DNA of 64,000 bases from Leptospirales bacterium (GTDB taxonomy: Bacteria; Spirochaetota; Leptospiria; Turneriellales; JAOUFE01): assembly GCA_040326155.1 (NCBI GenBank), contig JBEQLE010000009.1, positions 2,889 to 66,888 on the forward strand, in the 5' to 3' direction. The notes beneath the pieces are model-generated. The model was not told where the DNA came from. It saw only the letters and a program-made list of their open reading frames with translations, and searched no databases. Both the position numbers and the translations under genes were made by a program. Positions 20,697 to 29,491 of this stretch are shown piece by piece. Position 1 is the first letter of the stretch; each line of letters starts with the position of its first letter.

Positions 20697-20797
20697 TTCG
20701 AACCTGTGGTTCTACGCTTCCCCTTTTATATGAACCTAAATTCAGGTTTTGTATTTATGAATAAACTCTTATTTTTAGTTTAATCTATTATTGTTTT

Positions 20798-20836
20798 ACT
20801 TATTACTTAATAGTTAACATATATTAAGTAATAAGT
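20798..20836. repeat. Perfect 15-bp inverted repeat around a GTTAAC centre
   Basis: acttattacttaata (20798-20812) and tattaagtaataagt (20822-20836) are exact reverse complements with a 9-nt spacer. Confidence 0.8.
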
Positions 20837-20995
20837 TATTGGTGCGCCAAAGAAACTATTGTAAAGTAGGTAAAAACCACATCGCAAATAAATATATGAT
20901 TTTTCGTTCGAAAACCTAGAAAGTTGTAATTGGACGCTTTCGCCTGCGCCGACTAGCCGCTATCGGAGCCTAAACCAAAACAAGGTTTTCGAATA

Positions 20996-21052
20996 GTAAA
21001 TAATTTCAAACGAAAATCGAACGAAGAAGCATAAAATAACCGCAGGATTTTT
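20996..21052 (+). repeat. Tandem unit 1 (57 nt) of a 106-nt-period direct repeat
   Basis: gtaaataatttcaaacgaaaatcgaacgaagaagcataaaataaccgcaggattttt. 52 of 57 positions are identical to unit 2. Confidence 0.85.
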
Positions 21053-21101
21053 GTATAATAAATACCTTGAAACAAGCCATCAAAAACCACGCTTTTTGAT
21101 G

Positions 21102-21158
21102 GTAAATAACTTCAAACGAAACTCGAACGAAGCAGCATAAAAAAACCGAAGGATTTTT
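21102..21158 (+). repeat. Tandem unit 2 (57 nt)
   Basis: gtaaataacttcaaacgaaactcgaacgaagcagcataaaaaaaccgaaggattttt. It contains a 13-codon ATG mini-frame (21099-21140, MVNNFKRNSNEAA*). Confidence 0.85.
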
Positions 21159-21169
21159 TTATGAACTAA

Positions 21170-21420
21170 AGGTGAGCAAGTTTCCCTCGATTGGGCGCTC
21201 TCGGGGTCGTAATGGCAGGTTCAGTGGTCCTGCGTGGAAGTGCCTGGGGATCAAGATCTACCGTGGTGTGAGATTCCACACCAACCGTATAAGACACCTA
21301 CACTTCGAGTTCATCTACTACAAACCCGGTGATTACTGGTAATACCCGCCCGCATGGTTCGATGCGTTTAACTTCAAACGAAAAGACCTCCTCTCTAGCG
21401 CGGTCGCATTCCGCACAAAT
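21170..21420 (+). other. 52% GC island in an AT-rich spacer: candidate structured ncRNA or foreign gene remnant
   Basis: I counted 131 G+C in 21171-21420. Local hairpins are tggtgtg/cacacca (21264-21283), gcagg/cctgc (21215-21233) and cgcat/atgcg (21351-21366). A stop-free frame spans 21106-21342 with no ATG (GTG at 21172). The island is bracketed by taacttcaaacgaaa at 21107-21121 and 21369-21383. Confidence 0.4.
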
Positions 21421-21526
21421 ATTCTTGTGGTGTAATATACCTTTACTATACGTATGGAAACACCGGGACTAACTCGGCCTGAAAATTAATGGAACTCATG
21501 TACGATATTATGTATACTGATAAAAT

Positions 21527-22048
21527 ATGTTGAAGAAAATCATTATCGTAATAGCAATTTTAATGGGAGGCGTAATTATGGCGGTATTAGTAGCGGAGGA
21601 ATCTTCGCCGGCAAAATACAGTGTGGGGGACCTTATAGAGAAATATGAGGTAACTTCGGACGATGGAAGTATGGTCGTATTTCCGGTGGAAAAATGGACG
21701 GTTTTATATTTTTATCCAATGGATGATACTCCGGGTTGTACTACGCAGGCCAAAACTTTTACTTCTTTATATGATGAGTATGATAAAGCCGGCATTGTCG
21801 TTTTCGGGGTAAACATGGATTCTGTGGAAAGCCACCGAAAATTTAAAGAGAAACACGCTTTAAAGGTGACGTTGCTGTCAGACCCCAAGGGGAACCTTGC
21901 CCGAGACTTCGGTGTAAACATTATTTTGGGCATGTGTTCCCGGGACGCCGTTATTATCGACCCTCATGGCAGGGTCGATGCGATACATAGGGGAGTCAGC
22001 CCCAAAGGCAGTCCATATGAAATTATCGAATATATTATTTCTAAATGA
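21527..22048 (+). CDS. bcp: Thiol peroxidase, Bcp/AhpC-TSA family, with N-terminal signal/anchor
   Basis: FYPMDDTPGCTTQ peroxidatic-Cys motif. 173 aa with a hydrophobic N-terminus. Confidence 0.8.
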   Translation: MLKKIIIVIAILMGGVIMAVLVAEESSPAKYSVGDLIEKYEVTSDDGSMVVFPVEKWTVLYFYPMDDTPGCTTQAKTFTSLYDEYDKAGIVVFGVNMDSVESHRKFKEKHALKVTLLSDPKGNLARDFGVNIILGMCSRDAVIIDPHGRVDAIHRGVSPKGSPYEIIEYIISK

Positions 22049-22248
22049 ATTTAATATATGGAGTAGAATTGTTGCCGTTACTTGTTATGCATAGTCTATA
22101 TATAATAAAAGGATATAAATAATTCATTGGTAAAGTATAACTTGATGGTGTATGTTGCAAATAAGCATTTAATATAAACCTAATTGTTATTGCAACCATC
22201 AGTGAAGTTTTTTATAAGGAAAGAAAAACACAGGAGATCTTCATTATT

Positions 22249-23790
22249 ATGGTTTGGTACGCTGTTCCCTCAATTGTCTTTGCCGGCATTTGTTTATATG
22301 TTGGTTTATATCATTTGTGGATATATTTGAAACGATCGAATGAGATCGAAAATCTTTCTTTTGCAGTAACAACACTGCTCATGGTTCTTTATTATATATT
22401 TGCTTCGATAATGTATAATTCCAAATCTGTCGAAGATGCAATTTTCTGGATGCATCTTTCGTATGTGATTATTCCATTATTCGCTTCCGGGTTGACTTTT
22501 TTCATCTACCACTTGAGCGAAAGAAAAGTTGGTATAGCCGTCTATATTATTACCTCGCTGAATATTATATTCGGGCTGGCTCTCTGGTTTGGAAGTCCGC
22601 AGTATACTCTTTCGGTAGAAGGGGCCGTTCCGTTTCATGTGGACTGGTTGGGAATTATTTACTATGATCCAAAAATGGGATTCATAATGGATATGTATTT
22701 CGGGTTTCTTTTCGTTTCCATTTGCTACCTGGCTTATATTTTAATTTCTGCCTTTAAAGAAGGGAAAAAGTATTTACTTCCAGCGGTTTTCAGCATCTTA
22801 ATATACTTTGTAACTGCTGTCAGCGACATGTTGGTTTCCCAAAAAGTTTATGAACTAATGTATTTAATGGAGTTCGGGTTCATGGCTATTATATTGAACA
22901 TGGCATACACTCTATTGAATAAATTTGTGGCATTATATGCTAAGGTTGAACAACAAACTAAACATCAGGTTGAATTGAACACAGCTTTTCGAAGGTTTGT
23001 TCCTCATGAATTTATCAGTTTTTTAAATAAAGAAAGTATTATTGATTTAGAGCTTGGTGACCAGGTGGAAAAGAAAATGACGGTTATGTTTTCAGACATT
23101 CGGAATTTTACCACTCTGTCAGAATCGATGAGCGCTGAAGAAAATTTTAATTTTCTAAACTCTTATTTGCAACGAGTGGGCCCGGTAATTAGAAAAAATT
23201 CGGGTTTTATTGATAAATACATTGGTGATGCTATTATGGCTTTATTTCCTGAAAGTGTTGATAATGCCGTGTCTGCGGCAGTTGAAATGCGTAAAGCTTT
23301 GTTCGAGTATAATATTCATCGAACAAAAGGCGGGTATGAGCCGATTGATGTTGGAATTGGTATACATACCGGGACGTTGATGCTTGGGACGATTGGCGAG
23401 AGCCAGAGAATGGAGGGCACGGTAATTTCCGATGCCGTAAATCTCGCGGCACGACTGGAAAAAGCCACGAAGGCGATGCGCGCTCCTGTAATTATCAGTA
23501 AAGAGTGTGCCGAGGCGCTGCAAAACAAAGATGCCTTTGACCTGCGCTTTTTAGGTAAAATTAAAGTGAAAGGTAAAAAATCACTTATTTCCCTTGTAGA
23601 AGTTATGAACGGTGATTCTGATGAGTTACTGAACGAAAAGATGAAAAACAAGGATTCTTTTGAGGAAGCGATTGCGCTTCTGTCTGGTTCAAAAATGGAA
23701 GAAGCCGGAAAACTCCTCAACTCTATTTACAATCCGAAAATCCCAGACCCAGTTGTGAAAATGCACCTGGATAAGATTGCTACATTGTAA
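22249..23790 (+). CDS. Class III adenylate/guanylate cyclase with N-terminal 7TM sensor domain
   Basis: About 7 TM helices, then MTVMFSDIRNFTTLSE, DKYIGDAIMALF and GIHTG...G cyclase homology domain motifs. Confidence 0.8.
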   Translation: MVWYAVPSIVFAGICLYVGLYHLWIYLKRSNEIENLSFAVTTLLMVLYYIFASIMYNSKSVEDAIFWMHLSYVIIPLFASGLTFFIYHLSERKVGIAVYIITSLNIIFGLALWFGSPQYTLSVEGAVPFHVDWLGIIYYDPKMGFIMDMYFGFLFVSICYLAYILISAFKEGKKYLLPAVFSILIYFVTAVSDMLVSQKVYELMYLMEFGFMAIILNMAYTLLNKFVALYAKVEQQTKHQVELNTAFRRFVPHEFISFLNKESIIDLELGDQVEKKMTVMFSDIRNFTTLSESMSAEENFNFLNSYLQRVGPVIRKNSGFIDKYIGDAIMALFPESVDNAVSAAVEMRKALFEYNIHRTKGGYEPIDVGIGIHTGTLMLGTIGESQRMEGTVISDAVNLAARLEKATKAMRAPVIISKECAEALQNKDAFDLRFLGKIKVKGKKSLISLVEVMNGDSDELLNEKMKNKDSFEEAIALLSGSKMEEAGKLLNSIYNPKIPDPVVKMHLDKIATL

Positions 23791-23794
23791 TATA

Positions 23795-23830
23795 CTATAT
23801 AGGGTCACAGCATGCTGTGACCCTATATAG
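23795..23830. terminator. Perfect 36-nt palindrome between convergent genes (bidirectional terminator candidate)
   Basis: ctatatagggtcacagca|tgctgtgaccctatatag, 18+18 nt exact. It lies between the cyclase stop (23790) and the hppA stop (23849). Confidence 0.6.
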
Positions 23831-23848
23831 TTGCCCTATATAGACCGT

Positions 23849-25870
23849 TTACAATAACGGTACAATCATAAGCGCTACAATGTTAATAATTTTAATCAGG
23901 GGGTTTATAGCAGGGCCCGCTGTATCTTTATATGGATCGCCAACGGTATCACCGGTAACAGCTGCTTTATGTGCATCTGAACCTTTACCGCCAAAGTTAC
24001 CATCTTCAATATACTTTTTGGCATTGTCCCATGCGCCACCACCGGTAGTCATTGAGATTGCAACAAAAATACCGGTTACGATCGTTCCAATCAATAGACC
24101 GCCTAAAGCTTCCACTCCAAGTATTAACCCAACTAGAATAGGAATAAGAATTGGCAGCAACGATGGAATAATCATTTCTTTAATTGCAGCTTTGGTCAAC
24201 ATATCGACCGCTTTGGAATAATCGGGTTTTTCAGTGTAATTCATAATTCCCGGCATTTCTTTGAATTGACGTCTTACCTCGTTAACAATACCCCCGGCAG
24301 CTCGACCTACAGCTTCCATTGACATCGCCCCGAATAAGAAAGGGATTAAACCGCCTATAAAAAGCCCAATTAGAACCATATGGTCCGAAAGGTCAAATAC
24401 TGTCGGTAAACCATTCGCACTCAGAGAGTGAGTAAAGTCCGCGAAAAGGACAAGTGCGGCAAGACCGGCAGAAGCAATCGCGTACCCTTTTGTAACAGCT
24501 TTGGTGGTATTACCTACCGCATCAAGAGGGTCGGTAATACTCCGAATTTTGTCATCGAGTTCGGCCATTTCTGCAATGCCACCGGCATTATCCGTAATTG
24601 GACCGTAAGCATCGAGTGCTACAATAATACCCGCCATGGAAAGCATAGAAGTTGCGGCAACCGCAATACCATAGAGTCCCGCCAGTTCAAAAGCTCCCCA
24701 GATGGAAGCGCAAACAACAATAATTGGCGCTGCGGTAGACTTCATGGAAACTCCAAGACCAGCAATAACGTTGGTACCGTCACCCGTGGTCGAAGCCTCG
24801 GCAATATGACGAACTGGTTTATAATCCGTCGAAGTGTAATACTCCGTAATGACAACCATGGCAGCTGTAAGTGCAAGACCGATCATGGCCGAACCAAACA
24901 GTTCCATCGTTGAGTATGTTCCGTTATTCCCCATCACGTAATCAGTAACAAAGTAAAAAGCAGTACCTGCGAGAACTCCCGCAACAATCAGACCGCGATA
25001 AAGAGCGTTCATAATTTTCCCGCCCTCTTTTACCTTCACAAAAAATGACCCGATAATAGAAGCAATAATAGAAACTCCACCGAGAACCAGAGGGTAAATA
25101 ATAACTTCAGCGCCAGCGTTTGTCAATAAAAGACCGCCAAGCAACATGGAAGCTACCACCGTAACGGCGTAGGTTTCAAATAAATCAGCAGCCATACCCG
25201 CGCAATCCCCAACGTTGTCGCCAACATTGTCAGCAATAACAGCAGGATTCCGAGGATCGTCTTCCGGTATACCGGCTTCGACTTTCCCCACAATATCGGC
25301 CCCAACATCAGCGCCTTTTGTAAAGATTCCCCCGCCAAGTCTGGCAAAGATCGAAATTAACGAACCGCCAAATGCGAGTCCAACCAGTGCGTGTAGTGTT
25401 TTTTCGGTTGAAACACCGAAAACCTCAGTCAGCATTGCATAATATCCCGCAACACCAAGAAGGCCGAGACCAACTACAAGCATTCCTGTAATTGCCCCGC
25501 CTCGAAAAGCGACCTGCATGGCAGCGTTGAGGCCCCCATTGGCAGCCTCAGCAGTACGCACATTCGCACGAACGGAAATATTCATTCCTATATAACCAGC
25601 CAGGCCGGAAAAAATTGCTCCAATGGCAAAACCCCCTGCGGTATATGCTCCGAGAAAAATGCCAATTACAATCAGCATTAAAATGCCAACAATTCCAATT
25701 GTAGCATATTGCCGATTTAAATAGGCTTTAGCCCCATCCTGAATGGCCTGCGCAATCTCGCGCATACGATCATTTCCGGTTGGTTTAGCTAAAATCCATT
25801 TAATTGAAAAAACTCCGTACAAAATAGCCAGTACGGAACAAGCTAATGCAAATATTAAGCCGTAATCCAT
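23849..25870 (-). CDS. hppA: Membrane-bound H+/Na+-translocating pyrophosphatase
   Basis: 673 aa, polytopic, with [18 protein letters not shown] and [11 protein letters not shown] signature blocks. Confidence 0.92.
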   Translation of the reverse strand: MDYGLIFALACSVLAILYGVFSIKWILAKPTGNDRMREIAQAIQDGAKAYLNRQYATIGIVGILMLIVIGIFLGAYTAGGFAIGAIFSGLAGYIGMNISVRANVRTAEAANGGLNAAMQVAFRGGAITGMLVVGLGLLGVAGYYAMLTEVFGVSTEKTLHALVGLAFGGSLISIFARLGGGIFTKGADVGADIVGKVEAGIPEDDPRNPAVIADNVGDNVGDCAGMAADLFETYAVTVVASMLLGGLLLTNAGAEVIIYPLVLGGVSIIASIIGSFFVKVKEGGKIMNALYRGLIVAGVLAGTAFYFVTDYVMGNNGTYSTMELFGSAMIGLALTAAMVVITEYYTSTDYKPVRHIAEASTTGDGTNVIAGLGVSMKSTAAPIIVVCASIWGAFELAGLYGIAVAATSMLSMAGIIVALDAYGPITDNAGGIAEMAELDDKIRSITDPLDAVGNTTKAVTKGYAIASAGLAALVLFADFTHSLSANGLPTVFDLSDHMVLIGLFIGGLIPFLFGAMSMEAVGRAAGGIVNEVRRQFKEMPGIMNYTEKPDYSKAVDMLTKAAIKEMIIPSLLPILIPILVGLILGVEALGGLLIGTIVTGIFVAISMTTGGGAWDNAKKYIEDGNFGGKGSDAHKAAVTGDTVGDPYKDTAGPAINPLIKIINIVALMIVPLL

Positions 25871-25955
25871 AGTTTATGTTCCTTATATAATAAATTTTTA
25901 TCATTCCGGATTAAAGAAATATATTGTCAATTAGATATCGGCGTTCAGATTAACC

Positions 25956-27215
25956 TTATTCGTAAAAATTTCCCTTATGAAATTCATATCCCATTTTTAC
26001 AAAAAACTTTCCACCGGTATTTTGCCATATTTCCTGGCCATACCCGAGTTGAAGAACAATATTAAGCGGTGCTTCAAACTTTATAGATATAGCTCCCCCT
26101 ACCGCAAAGTTCCAGGTATCTTGCTGAATTGGACGAATAGAGTCTCCTGCCGTTCCAAAGTCGGCAAACATCAGTAAACTAAATTTGAGGTCGGTAAGCG
26201 CAGTGGGTACGGTAAATATATCATGGAACCAGTTTTCAATATTCAGCATTAAACTCTGGTTGCCGTAGTAATAATTACTTACTCCCCCCCGAACCTGATA
26301 TTCATTGTCAATGCGGTATAGTAGATAATCGGGAAGGTTGCCTGCTATAAGAGAATTGTAACGTCCCCGTAAAATAATTTCCTCCCAGGGGAGTGGTTTA
26401 AAAAACAGGTTCATTCCCACACTGCTTATCGTGTACGAAAATTCTCCCAGGCCCTGGTATATACCGCCCCTTAGATTAAAACCTGTGTAAATTACATCTT
26501 TATAATGAGAAAAATCGACCAGTGTTTCTAAACCGGTAGAAACATCATAAGTGGCTGCGGTTTTCGCATCACCGTTTAGATTATAACGAAATATATTAGG
26601 GGTTTTTATTTTCCAATTCGGTAATATCGTCAGTTCAAGGGCCAATTTACCCAGAACAGCTTCATAGTCATAAAGATTGGTAGAATCAAACGGAATGGAA
26701 TATGCCTGGTGACCAATTGTTGTTATCAGGTTTAGAGGCCCATGGAACAATTCAGGAAATCTGAAATATAAAATCTGGTCCGTTGCCCCAATTAAAAAAC
26801 CAAAATCCGGCGCACTCTCTGAAATAGAACTGAATCGGGTGAAGGAACCCTCTTCCAGCGCTATTAATTCCAGGAACATAATATTCTCACCGATTAAAAA
26901 CTGAATATCTATAGTTCCATCCTCATGTTTTTCATAGTAAGTTTCAATGAACATAAACAGTTTCGAAGCTTCCATTTTTGCCAGAGAAACTTTTAATTTA
27001 AATTCAAGGCTCTTGATGGAAACCCGGTTGCCTTCTTTTACGGCAATCATTGGTCTTATTTGGTTTTCACCGATTCTAACATTTCCTGTAAAAGTAATAT
27101 TTCTTATTTCATACTTTTCAACAGGTTCACTACTGAAGACTATTCCATTTCCTATTATCGTTAAAAGTAAAACAATCTTTGTAATCAACTTTATCTTTTT
27201 CTTTAAAATTTCCAT
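25956..27215 (-). CDS. Omp85/BamA-like outer-membrane protein with a single POTRA-like domain
   Basis: Signal peptide, POTRA-like IRNITFTGNVRIGENQIRPMIAVKEGNRV, then an alternating beta-strand pattern to the C-terminus. Confidence 0.55.
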   Translation of the reverse strand: MEILKKKIKLITKIVLLLTIIGNGIVFSSEPVEKYEIRNITFTGNVRIGENQIRPMIAVKEGNRVSIKSLEFKLKVSLAKMEASKLFMFIETYYEKHEDGTIDIQFLIGENIMFLELIALEEGSFTRFSSISESAPDFGFLIGATDQILYFRFPELFHGPLNLITTIGHQAYSIPFDSTNLYDYEAVLGKLALELTILPNWKIKTPNIFRYNLNGDAKTAATYDVSTGLETLVDFSHYKDVIYTGFNLRGGIYQGLGEFSYTISSVGMNLFFKPLPWEEIILRGRYNSLIAGNLPDYLLYRIDNEYQVRGGVSNYYYGNQSLMLNIENWFHDIFTVPTALTDLKFSLLMFADFGTAGDSIRPIQQDTWNFAVGGAISIKFEAPLNIVLQLGYGQEIWQNTGGKFFVKMGYEFHKGNFYE

Positions 27216-28723
27216 TCTACTCCGCCGGTAATATTTTTTTGAAACAGGGACTCTCCAAAAACAGTTTCAGGACTCCCTATGTTCCATGTTGTTTGTACAT
27301 AAATTGTCATGGATGAATTTATTATCCAATTGGCATAACCAGTAAGCATAAAAGAAAAATCTTTTACACTGAAAAAAGGAGTTATACCCCAGGTCCAAAT
27401 ATCCAAATCTTTTACATTCGTAATGTTTAAGAAGATATAATTCCGGGTCATAGCAAATGGATCGTAAATTCCCAGAATATCATAATAGTAATTCTGGCTG
27501 GCTAAAGAGACAACAGCGTTACTGGAATTTAGACCTTTTTTTGCGGTATGTAAACCCTGAATTACTTTATTATACTGTTGGTCAGAGAAACCCCGGCCAT
27601 TATAATAATACGATAGTGAAATTTCATAATTTCGAATTCCCGAAAAAGCTACAGAAAGGAAGGACTCTGGATAATATTTATCTGTTGAGCCAGGCAGAGG
27701 TTCTACACTGTAATAATTTTCCCCACCCGAACTGTTTTTTACTACATGATTAGTCTCTATCCCATTCGAATAGATGAATTGACCGGATATACCGAGAGAA
27801 TTGGTAATATTCCAGACGACCTCCGTTCCGGCCCCAAAATAAAAGGGGTTATTTGTATTCGTGGTTGAAGAAAAAAAATAGATATCTGCAAATACAGGCG
27901 ATACATGGAATGAATTTTTAAACATAAGAACATGTTCATCTATTGTATATCCTAAATAATCGGTCAGATTGTAACTATATTCCGATGCGGTGTTTTGAGT
28001 ATGCGCTGTAGACATTGCAGGAGTATATAAAAGTTTTCCCGAAAATAAATCTCCAGCAAACTCAACGCTCAGGCCAGGAGAAGAAAATGCAGTGTACTCT
28101 TGAAAATATTGACGGTTTGAAAAATACCTCTCAAAGAAACTCACCGGATTTTTATAAAAACTGTTTCCTTGCAACAAAGGTAAAACGCCCACTTCCATAA
28201 AAACCTTATCTTTAATATTGAAATCTCCCGAAAGTTCGTAGAGCATAAATTTAGTAAAGGATACATTATTAGAAAAGCCCGGCATAGAGTTTTCAAAAAT
28301 ACCCGCCGCTCCATACCCTCTTAATAATTGCATGGTAATGTTGCGGTTTTTATTCGTGTTATGCATTCCCAGACTAACATTTAAACCGCCGGTTTTTCCA
28401 ATTTCAAAATATTTTTTATATTGAAAAAAAGCGGTATATAACCATGGGTCGAGAGGGTTACTTTTATAATCCGGCAAATAGATAGAATTCTGAAGGGGGG
28501 CATATGCCAGGTTCAAAGTAAAATAGATTCCCGCATCATCTATTTTTTTACCATCGTTTCCATCGTTATTGTCCGTGCTATTATTGTCAAAAATATCGAA
28601 TTCGTTTTCCATATCAGTCTGGTCGTCATCCGTTTCCTGCGGATACAAAGGCAGAACGACAAAACAACATATTAAAAAATGTCGCACGAAGTATAAGAGT
28701 TTTTTAAGTATAAAAAGAAACAT
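27203..28723 (-). CDS. Putative outer-membrane beta-barrel protein
   Basis: Signal sequence, acidic D/N-rich linker, Y/G/N/S-rich alternating strands, terminal ...GGVEWKF (aromatic C-terminal residue typical of OMPs). Confidence 0.5.
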   Translation of the reverse strand: MFLFILKKLLYFVRHFLICCFVVLPLYPQETDDDQTDMENEFDIFDNNSTDNNDGNDGKKIDDAGIYFTLNLAYAPLQNSIYLPDYKSNPLDPWLYTAFFQYKKYFEIGKTGGLNVSLGMHNTNKNRNITMQLLRGYGAAGIFENSMPGFSNNVSFTKFMLYELSGDFNIKDKVFMEVGVLPLLQGNSFYKNPVSFFERYFSNRQYFQEYTAFSSPGLSVEFAGDLFSGKLLYTPAMSTAHTQNTASEYSYNLTDYLGYTIDEHVLMFKNSFHVSPVFADIYFFSSTTNTNNPFYFGAGTEVVWNITNSLGISGQFIYSNGIETNHVVKNSSGGENYYSVEPLPGSTDKYYPESFLSVAFSGIRNYEISLSYYYNGRGFSDQQYNKVIQGLHTAKKGLNSSNAVVSLASQNYYYDILGIYDPFAMTRNYIFLNITNVKDLDIWTWGITPFFSVKDFSFMLTGYANWIINSSMTIYVQTTWNIGSPETVFGESLFQKNITGGVEWKF

Positions 28724-28738
28724 TTCGCAAATTAGATT

Positions 28739-29473
28739 CTATTCTCGAACTTTCCCAAGGGTCGCCGGATTAAAATAATAATCGGGAACATTTCGTTTTT
28801 TCATGTTCGACATTCTGACTAGAGAATAGTCTCCTTCTCTAAGTGCATTTATTACTTTAATATCAGCCGGATACAAAACACCATCATCGCTCTTTAGAAA
28901 TTTTATAAAGTAAATTTTCTTTAACATTATACCTGATCTTGCATAAACCTCAAAATAACGAATTTTCCCATTGCGATAAAAATAGCGAATTTTCCCATAC
29001 GGAGCGCTTTTTTCAATAGCAGTAAACCAGAAAATATGAGTACGATCGGACTTTTGATATTCATAGCCGGTTTTTTTATAAAATTGAAATACGGATCTGC
29101 TCACAATGTCAGTTATATTTACATTGCCGTGAACTGCCATAGCTGTATTTATATTTAAGGTTTTTTCAATTCGCGGAAAATATTGCCAGAGTTGATCGTT
29201 CACCATTAAGGTCATTTTACCTTTGTCTCTTTCAGGTTCTCTAGTGACCAAAAGTATTTTATTGCCTTTCATAAAAATTGTATATCGGCGAATAACCGGT
29301 TCCCTACCGGGCAGGTAAGAAGCCATTTGGCAATTCATTTGATACTGATTTTTGACAGTGAGTGAATTTTTAAATTGAGCAAAAGCGGATGCTTCACTGC
29401 TGCTTCCGGCCGGGTATGTATTGTAAGAAAGAATTAAAAGCAGAAAAGTCGTTATCAAGTATTTTGTGTTCAT
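28739..29473 (-). CDS. LolA-like outer-membrane lipoprotein-sorting protein
   Basis: Signal peptide. The pattern KGKMTLMVNDQLWQYFPRIEKTLNI ... VPDYYFNPATL matches my memory of the LolA_like/COG2834 family. It sits directly downstream of an FtsX-type permease. Confidence 0.6.
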   Translation of the reverse strand: MNTKYLITTFLLLILSYNTYPAGSSSEASAFAQFKNSLTVKNQYQMNCQMASYLPGREPVIRRYTIFMKGNKILLVTREPERDKGKMTLMVNDQLWQYFPRIEKTLNINTAMAVHGNVNITDIVSRSVFQFYKKTGYEYQKSDRTHIFWFTAIEKSAPYGKIRYFYRNGKIRYFEVYARSGIMLKKIYFIKFLKSDDGVLYPADIKVINALREGDYSLVRMSNMKKRNVPDYYFNPATLGKVRE

Positions 29474-29491
29474 AATTATTCTCCTTGCTCG

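Noticed and set aside
21255-21360. A cobalamin or other known riboswitch upstream of bcp (ggtgtgagattccacacc resembles the GGUG..AA.UCC element).
   Set aside because: No B12 box (GCCACUG) and none of the other conserved blocks of the riboswitch classes I can recall. bcp is also not a known riboswitch target.
20996-21400. A tmRNA (ssrA) gene. The clues were tag-like mini-frames ending in AA-stop and gcgtggaagtgcctgggg (21231-21248), which resembles the E. coli ssrA segment GCGUGGAAGCCCUGCCUGGGG.
   Set aside because: On either strand I found no GGGG...UUCGAC acceptor/D-analog 5' end, no 5-bp/7-nt T-arm and no ..UCCACCA 3' end at a compatible distance. The cgcat-ggttcg-atgcg hairpin has a 6-nt loop. 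The idea is kept only as a resemblance to check with ARAGORN or Infernal.
23234-23720. Three nested minus-strand ORFs (72-134 aa) in the cyclase gene.
   Set aside because: They are antisense to well-conserved class III cyclase motifs, and their peptides are Ser/Arg/Pro-rich without motifs.
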